Below are positions 58,974 through 64,000 of a DNA stretch of 64,000 bases, in pieces; the first letter of the stretch is position 1; each line of letters starts with the position of its first letter. A model generated the notes under the pieces. That model was not told the DNA's origin. It searched no databases and saw nothing but the letters and a program-made list of their open reading frames with translations. Origin of the DNA: Dehalococcoidia bacterium (GTDB taxonomy: Bacteria; Chloroflexota; Dehalococcoidia; Lucifugimonadales; UBA3495); assembly GCA_965243255.1 (NCBI GenBank), contig CBDEUH010000004.1, positions 1,790,979 through 1,854,978 of the forward strand. Reading direction: 5' to 3'. A program made the position numbers and the translations under genes.

Positions 58974-60544
58974 AGCGCCGGGGAGAGGCCCGTCATGTCG
59001 TACACCAAGTCCATGCGCAGGCTGTGGCGGACCCAGTCGGCGAGGCGGTCGTACTCGCGGTCGCGGGCCACGTCAACGCCCTCGGGCAGGGTTACGCCCT
59101 TACGCCGGGCCAGTTCGCCGAGGACGGCGCGGCGGACGCCGGCGTTGTGGAACAGGCCGTGGATGTAGGTTCCCAGCACGCGGCCGGAGGCGTCCAGGGC
59201 GCCGTCGAGGGCGGTGGCTGGCGTTACGGGAGCGTCGGCGCGGTCGTTGACGGCGAAGGGGGGGATGAAACCCTCGCCGACGGTGCGGCCCATGTGAATT
59301 TCGTAGCCGACGACGTTCTCGCCGGACGCGCCGGAGAGCAGGCCGCCGGGGTTGCCGGCCTCGGCGCGCACGGTGGCCTGGACCCGGTGGGTCTCCTTGG
59401 TGCCGGCGAAGGTGGTTGACAGGGGCAGGAGGCCCAAGCCGTCGGCCTGGCCGATGGTGGATTCGATGCCGTCGGGGTCGTAGAGGGTTTCGCCGAGCAT
59501 CTGGTAGCCGCCGCAGATGCCGATGACGGAGGAGCCGCCGGCGACGGTGTCGGCCAACGCGCGGGACAGCCCCTGCTCTTCCATCCAGAGCAGGTCGGGG
59601 ATGGTGGTCTTGCTGCCGGGCAGGATTACCAGGTCGGGGCGGCCCAGGCGGTCGCCGTGCTGGACGTAGCGCAGGGCCACGCCAGGCTCGCGGGCCAGGG
59701 GGTCGAAGTCGTCGAAGTTGGAGATGTGGGGCACCTGGACCACGGCGACGTCGAGGACGGCGGCGGCGGAAGATGACGGCGGCGTGATTTCCAGGGCGAC
59801 GGAGTCCTCTTCGGGGATGTGGATGTCGCGGAAGTGGTGGACGACGCCGACGACGGGCTTGCGGGTGCGTTTCTCCAGCCAGGTGAGGCCGTCGGTGAGC
59901 AGGGAGGCGTCGCCACGAAACTTGTTGATGATCATACCCTTGACCGCAGCCTTTTCCCTCCTGTTCAGCAGCGCCAGGGTGCCGACCAGGGAGGCGAAGA
60001 CGCCGCCGCGGTCGATGTCGCCGCAGAGGAGCACGGGGGCGTCGGCATAGAGGGCGACGCGCATATTGACGATTTCGGTCTTCTTGAGGTTGATTTCGGC
60101 GGGGCTGCCGGCGCCTTCAATAACCACCACATCGTGCTCGCGGCGGAGGGTGTCCAGGGACTGGCTAACGGAGTCCCACAGGGTGGCTTTGAGGTCGAAG
60201 TAGTCGCGGGCGCGCGCCGAGGTCAGCGGGCGGCCCATGAGGACCACCTGGGCGTGGCTGTCGGCTTCGGGTTTGAGCAGGACGGGGTTCATCTCGGCGC
60301 GGGCTTCGACGCCGGCGGCTTCGGCCTGGACGGCCTGGGCGCGGCCGATTTCGGCGCCGTCGGGCGTTACGTAGGAGTTGTTGGACATATTCTGCGCTTT
60401 GAAGGGGGCGACGCGCAGTCCGTCCTGGCGCAGGATGCGGCACAGCGCGGACACGAGCACGCTCTTGCCGACGTGGGACGCGGTTCCCTGGACCATCAGG
60501 ACGCGGCCCAGGGGGGCGGGCAATTCACTACCGACAACTGGCAT
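58970..60544 (-). CDS. cobQ: Cobyric acid synthase
   Basis: 524 aa with the CobQ/CobB ATPase domain (…MVQGTASHVGKSVLVSALCRIL…) and the GATase-3 domain (…ICGGYQMLG…IHG). Confidence 0.92.
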   Translation of the reverse strand: MPVVGSELPAPLGRVLMVQGTASHVGKSVLVSALCRILRQDGLRVAPFKAQNMSNNSYVTPDGAEIGRAQAVQAEAAGVEARAEMNPVLLKPEADSHAQVVLMGRPLTSARARDYFDLKATLWDSVSQSLDTLRREHDVVVIEGAGSPAEINLKKTEIVNMRVALYADAPVLLCGDIDRGGVFASLVGTLALLNRREKAAVKGMIINKFRGDASLLTDGLTWLEKRTRKPVVGVVHHFRDIHIPEEDSVALEITPPSSSAAAVLDVAVVQVPHISNFDDFDPLAREPGVALRYVQHGDRLGRPDLVILPGSKTTIPDLLWMEEQGLSRALADTVAGGSSVIGICGGYQMLGETLYDPDGIESTIGQADGLGLLPLSTTFAGTKETHRVQATVRAEAGNPGGLLSGASGENVVGYEIHMGRTVGEGFIPPFAVNDRADAPVTPATALDGALDASGRVLGTYIHGLFHNAGVRRAVLGELARRKGVTLPEGVDVARDREYDRLADWVRHSLRMDLVYDMTGLSPAL

Positions 60545-60654
60545 AAGGACCTCCGCGGTAATGATACCCTATTCATTGACTGCCGGCGTTGCCTGGGGTA
60601 TGGTAAATGCCGCTATGCGCTTACCTTAGAATCACCGCCAGGGAGTGTGCCAAG

Positions 60655-61080
60655 ATGGCCGAACAAGACCTGCCCGTGTTCGTGTACGACGAAGTCGAAA
60701 TCGGCGAAGAACTCGGCTCCTACGAATATCTGCTGACGCAGGAGATGGTTGACCTGTACCGCAAGGCGGTGGACGACCCGGACGCGGTGTTCCCCACCAT
60801 AGCCGTCAAGCACGACGCCACCTCCCTGGCCCTGGCCTACGACGACCAGACGGGGGGCATCAACGCGGGCAACGAGATCGACCTGCACAATCCGCCGATT
60901 CCCGGCAAGAAGATACGGGTTACCGGGCGGGTGCACGACAAGTACGTGCGTCGGGAGAAGCCCTACCTGGTGATTGAGGCCACGGCGACGGACGAGGACG
61001 GCCGGCTCATTGAGAAAATGCGCACCTATCAAATCAAGAAACCCGAGGAGTTGGGCAAAAAATGGCATCCGCAAGGCTAG
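60655..61080 (+). CDS. Hotdog-fold (MaoC-like dehydratase N-type) protein
   Basis: ATG 60655. 141 aa, …GKKIRVTGRVHDKYVRREKPYLVIEATATDEDGRLIEK…, a typical hotdog sheet ending. Paired with the next gene. Confidence 0.65.
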   Translation: MAEQDLPVFVYDEVEIGEELGSYEYLLTQEMVDLYRKAVDDPDAVFPTIAVKHDATSLALAYDDQTGGINAGNEIDLHNPPIPGKKIRVTGRVHDKYVRREKPYLVIEATATDEDGRLIEKMRTYQIKKPEELGKKWHPQG

Positions 61081-61484
61081 ACAGCGAAACGCTGCCGGTA
61101 ATTTCCAAGCACATCACGCAGGACGTGATCAACCAGTTCGAGTCGTGCGGCATCCTGAACCGGGCGAACATCCACAACGACCCGGAGCTGGCGGCCAAGC
61201 GGCTGGGCACGACCTACGCCATCGCGTCGGGTCGCATGAGCATCGCGTTTTGCACGGAGGCCATGCGCAAGTTCGTGGGGGCGGAGGACTTTCACCGCAG
61301 CGGCAACGTGAGCCTGAAGTTCTTGCGTCCGGTGAAGCACGGCGACACGGTGTCGGTGCACGGGCAGGTGAACAGCCGGCAGCCCCAGGACGACGGCAGC
61401 ACGATGGTCGTGGTTGACGTGTACTGCGAGAACCAGGACGGCGACAAGACGGCGGTGGGGCAGGCGAGCGCGGTGGTTCGCTAG
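61062..61484 (+). CDS. MaoC-family dehydratase (hotdog fold)
   Basis: 140 aa: …NIHNDPELA…, …FLRPVKHGDTVSVHGQV…VVVDVYCENQDGDKTAVGQASAVV. Confidence 0.7.
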   Translation: MASARLDSETLPVISKHITQDVINQFESCGILNRANIHNDPELAAKRLGTTYAIASGRMSIAFCTEAMRKFVGAEDFHRSGNVSLKFLRPVKHGDTVSVHGQVNSRQPQDDGSTMVVVDVYCENQDGDKTAVGQASAVVR

Positions 61485-61526
61485 ACGGGCTACGCCGGCG
61501 GGTATTCGATCAGGTTTGAGCGTGCG

Positions 61527-61883
61527 ATGACTACCGTAGTTGAATACCACGCCGAAAGGAGTTGGCACTTCCTCGACCTGGTGGACGATGAGGTGGAACG
61601 GGGCGAGTTGGAGGAGGCCAGCAACAAGTTGTGGGGCGCGGCCGCTCATGCCATCAAGGCGGTGGCCGAGCGCCGGGGCTGGTTCCACGGCTCGCACAAC
61701 GCGCTGGCGGATACCGTGATGCGCTTGATTGACGATGAAGGCGCCCCGGCAATTCTGTACACGTACTATTCATCGGCAAGCTCGTTTCATTCGCGATTTT
61801 ACGGCTGGCCTCCCGGCGTTAATGAAATCCGGCACGGCAAGGGGGAAATGGCGAACTTCATCCGTATGCTGGAAGATTTGTAA
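61527..61883 (+). CDS. PaREP1-like helical protein
   Basis: 118 aa. …GELEEASNKLWGAAAHAIKAVAERRGW…SH.AL…………FHSRFYGW… follows the pattern I recall for PaREP1-family proteins. Confidence 0.5.
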   Translation: MTTVVEYHAERSWHFLDLVDDEVERGELEEASNKLWGAAAHAIKAVAERRGWFHGSHNALADTVMRLIDDEGAPAILYTYYSSASSFHSRFYGWPPGVNEIRHGKGEMANFIRMLEDL

Positions 61884-61952
61884 GCGAGGGGGCGTCTCTT
61901 GCCGCCGAAGCGCATTGACCTGTTGAACGACCGCATTACAGGAGCAACCCGA

Positions 61953-62267
61953 ATGACCATGACCCGTTCCGAGTTCGGCAAAGTTGAAGTGGACATCGTT
62001 TATTGCGTGCCTTGAGGCTACCACGGCCTCGCCACGTGGCTGGCGACCGAGTTCTGGCGTTCGCAAAACGCCGGCGACATTGCCATCAAACTGACGCCGG
62101 CGGACAAGGGCCGGCTGGAGATTTACCTGGACGGCGCGAAGATATTTGACCGCTTTGACGAGGAAGGGGACGAATACCCCGGCTACAGCAAGGTGAACGA
62201 ACTGAAGATGGTCATTGCCGAGCGCGTCTTCGACGTTGAAGACGAGATGATGGCGGCCAACAACTGA
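61953..62267 (+). CDS. SelW/SelT/SelH (Rdx)-family selenoprotein, TGA(62013-62015) read as selenocysteine
   Basis: GGAG lies 8 nt upstream of the ATG. Single frame: MTMTRSEFGKVEVDIVYCVP-U-GYHGLATWLATEFWRS…IKLTPADKGRLEIYLDGAKIFDRFDEEGDEYPGYSKVNELKMVIAERVF…, with the CxxU motif at the Rdx redox position. Hairpin immediately 3' of the TGA. Not present in the ORF track. Confidence 0.75.
62017..62044 (+). promoter_or_regulatory. Candidate bacterial SECIS hairpin
   Basis: GCUACCACG (62017-62025) pairs with CGUGG-C-UGGC (62035-62044): 9 bp with one bulge and one G-U. The loop is 9 nt (GCCUCGCCA), and the apex lies ~15 nt 3' of the UGA. Confidence 0.5.
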
Positions 62268-62277
62268 CGCCCACTCG

Positions 62278-62302
62278 GTCATTCCCGGGAAGGCGGTAAT
62301 CT
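62278..62302 (-). repeat. REP-like element, family A, inverted orientation
   Basis: gtcattcccgggaaggcggtaatct matches the reverse complement of the 1222 copy at 22 of 25 positions. Confidence 0.65.
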
Positions 62303-62310
62303 GGAACATC

Positions 62311-63012
62311 ATGGCAAACAACGAACACGTGGAAATAGTGCGGGCCGGCAAAGTCGGCCTGGAATCCTGGCGGGCGGACAACCCGGAGGGGACGCTGGAC
62401 CTGAGGGTCGCCGATTTGAGCGGCCTGGACCTGGCCGGGGCCGACCTGCGGGGGAGCGATCTGCGGGGGGCGAACCTGGCCGACGCGCGGCTGACCAGGG
62501 CCAACCTGTCACGCTGCGATCTGCGGGCTACCGACTTCACCGGGGCCGATCTCTATGGGGCGACGCTGGCGTCGGCGGAGATGGCGATGGCCATCCTGCG
62601 CAACGTCAACCTGTTCTGGGCGGACCTGAAGCAATCCAACATGCAGGAAAGCGTTTTGCAGTGGTCGCGGCTCAATCGGGCGTCGTTCCTGAATACGGAC
62701 CTGACCGCCGCCGATTGCAGCCAGACCACGGCCATCGAGGTTGACCTGCGCTCGGCCAACCTGACTGACTCCAACTGGCAGGGGGCGAACATGAACGGGG
62801 CCGACGTGAGCCGGGCCGTGATGCAGGGGGCGGATTTCACCAACGCCAAAATCCGAGACTCCATGTGGATCATGACCGACCTGCGGGGGGCGAACTTCAA
62901 CCAGGCCAGCCTGCATCGCTGCGACATGACCATGGGCAAGTGGGACGATACGACGCGGTTCCCGCCCGGCTTCGACCCCACCCACATCGAAAACCGGGTG
63001 GACGACTACTAA
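62311..63012 (+). CDS. Pentapeptide-repeat protein
   Basis: 233 aa with continuous A(D/N)LxG-type repeats. The N-terminus MANNEHVEIVRAGKVGLESWRADNP is paralogous to that of the 27492 gene. Confidence 0.85.
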   Translation: MANNEHVEIVRAGKVGLESWRADNPEGTLDLRVADLSGLDLAGADLRGSDLRGANLADARLTRANLSRCDLRATDFTGADLYGATLASAEMAMAILRNVNLFWADLKQSNMQESVLQWSRLNRASFLNTDLTAADCSQTTAIEVDLRSANLTDSNWQGANMNGADVSRAVMQGADFTNAKIRDSMWIMTDLRGANFNQASLHRCDMTMGKWDDTTRFPPGFDPTHIENRVDDY

Positions 63013-63020
63013 TTCGGGCC

Positions 63021-64000
63021 ATGGCCATCCTGCTGATAGCATCGCATGGGCCCGGCGCGGGCAAAACGGCAATCGCCGCCGGGCTGGCCAGGCTTATTGA
63101 GCGCAGCGGCGCATCGGTTGCGGTGTGCAAGCCGCTGTCACCGGCCGGCAGCGCCGATCCGGACGCCGGCTATTTTGCGGACGGGTTCGGCGGCAGCGCA
63201 GCGGTGGCGGAAGGCGACGACGGGGCGGCTTTGGATGACGCCGCGAATGCCGTGCGTTCCCTGTCGGGGCGGAGCGAGCACGTTTTGGTGGAAGTGGCCA
63301 ACCCGGTGAGCGGGTCGGGCATCGCGTCATCGTTGACGGCCGGCCTGGCGGAACGGCTCTCGGCGCGGGTGATTGCTATTTTTGGATACGAGGCGCAGCT
63401 GTCCGCGGTGGCCGTATCCGGGGCAGTGGCCACCCTGGGCGACGGACTGGCCGGGGTGATCGTCAACCAGACGCCGCGCTACCGGGCCGGCGAAGTCGGG
63501 GCGATGCTGGCGGAGGTGGCCGCCGCCGGCATTCCGGTCGGCGCCGCGCTGCCGGAAGACCGCTCCATGCTCTCGCTAACGATGACGCAACTGGCGCAGC
63601 AACTGGGCGGACGGTGGGAGCTGGAACCATCGGACGGGGAAGCGTGGATTGACCGCTTTCTCATCGGCGGGAACATCATGGACTCGGGGGCCGGCTACTT
63701 CGGGCGGTACGCTCACCAGGCGGTGATCACGCGGGCGGAACGGCCGGACATCCAGATGGCCAGTTTGACGCAGGACACGCGGTGCCTGGTGCTGACCGGG
63801 GGCGCGCGGCCCACGGAGTACATCCGCGTGGAGGCATCGAAGCGGGATGTGCCGGTGCTGCTGGTGGACGGCGGGACGGTGGAGACTGCCGAGGCGGTGG
63901 GCAACCTGCTGGGCGCGGTGTTGCCCTATCACGCGCACAAGGCGTGGAGGATGGCCGACCTGCTGGCGGAGCGGATTGACCCAGCGGCAGTGTTGGCCGG
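63021..64000 (+). CDS. Phosphotransacetylase-family N-terminal module protein (P-loop/CobQ-like + DRTGG domain), 3' end outside window
   Basis: Frame is open from ATG 63021 to the window end (so absent from the ORF track). MAILLIASHGPGAGKTAIAAGLARL… P-loop, later …DTRCLVLTGGARP… (DRTGG-like). Confidence 0.65.
   Translation, partial: MAILLIASHGPGAGKTAIAAGLARLIERSGASVAVCKPLSPAGSADPDAGYFADGFGGSAAVAEGDDGAALDDAANAVRSLSGRSEHVLVEVANPVSGSGIASSLTAGLAERLSARVIAIFGYEAQLSAVAVSGAVATLGDGLAGVIVNQTPRYRAGEVGAMLAEVAAAGIPVGAALPEDRSMLSLTMTQLAQQLGGRWELEPSDGEAWIDRFLIGGNIMDSGAGYFGRYAHQAVITRAERPDIQMASLTQDTRCLVLTGGARPTEYIRVEASKRDVPVLLVDGGTVETAEAVGNLLGAVLPYHAHKAWRMADLLAERIDPAAVLA

Noticed and set aside
60545-60654. 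Cobalamin riboswitch upstream of cobQ
   Set aside because: The leader is only ~110 nt, and I could not find a B12-box-like conserved core by eye on the minus strand. A covariance-model scan would be needed to be certain.
62013-62015. Reading the TGA as a genuine stop, giving a 20-codon peptide or a nonsense-mutated pseudogene
   Set aside because: The stop falls precisely at the second redox position of the Rdx CxxU motif. The downstream 84 codons remain open in the same frame with family-typical sequence, and a hairpin follows immediately. It is kept as a selenoprotein call, pending detection of the Sec machinery.
61770-62540. 256-aa minus-strand ORF
   Set aside because: It overlaps the selenoprotein gene, a REP element and the pentapeptide-repeat gene on the other strand. 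Its translation mirrors the pentapeptide repeats (Arg/Ser/Ala-rich), with no start-site support.

Overview
High-GC chromosomal segment: hand counts of sample 60-nt lines give about 65-68% GC in core genes. I call about 66 protein genes and one tRNA-Gln(CTG). There are no rRNA genes, CRISPR arrays, transposases or integrases. The gene content is dominated by catabolic and redox paralogues: four luciferase-like (LLM) flavin/F420 oxidoreductases, SDRs, a CaiB-type CoA-transferase, an acyl-CoA synthetase, a thiolase+DUF35 pair, MaoC hotdog proteins and a TPP enzyme. It also includes lipoproteins with long Pro/Thr/Ala linkers. By inference only, this resembles marine Chloroflexota (SAR202/Dehalococcoidia-like) genomes. 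Housekeeping blocks are ccmABCDE (System I with a Cys-type CcmE), korAB, coaX-coaBC, rsmI, sppA, mazG, ogg and pduX-cobU-cobQ. Accessory or unusual content: (1) a SelW/Rdx-family selenoprotein gene at 61953-62267, hidden from the ORF track, with an in-frame TGA in the CxxU motif and a SECIS-like hairpin. (2) A 6.3-kb low-GC island at 47199-53470 encoding an oversized Type III-like Mod/Res pair; the methyltransferase core is compositionally distinct from the rest of mod. (3) A pentapeptide-repeat protein fused to a TIR-like domain. (4) A two-gene cassette (small protein plus retropepsin-like aspartic protease) flanked by a 61-bp direct duplication that preserves the 3' ends of both ccmE and vapC. 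(5) Two tandem cytoplasmic RdhA/QueG-superfamily Fe-S paralogues, each with its own promoter. (6) Four PIN/VapC loci, one with an internally deleted toxin. (7) A low-GC DUF4268-type nuclease-like gene. (8) Two families of short palindromic REP-like elements, some of which contribute to coding sequence. All calls rest on reading the translations and sequence by eye; no database search was run.
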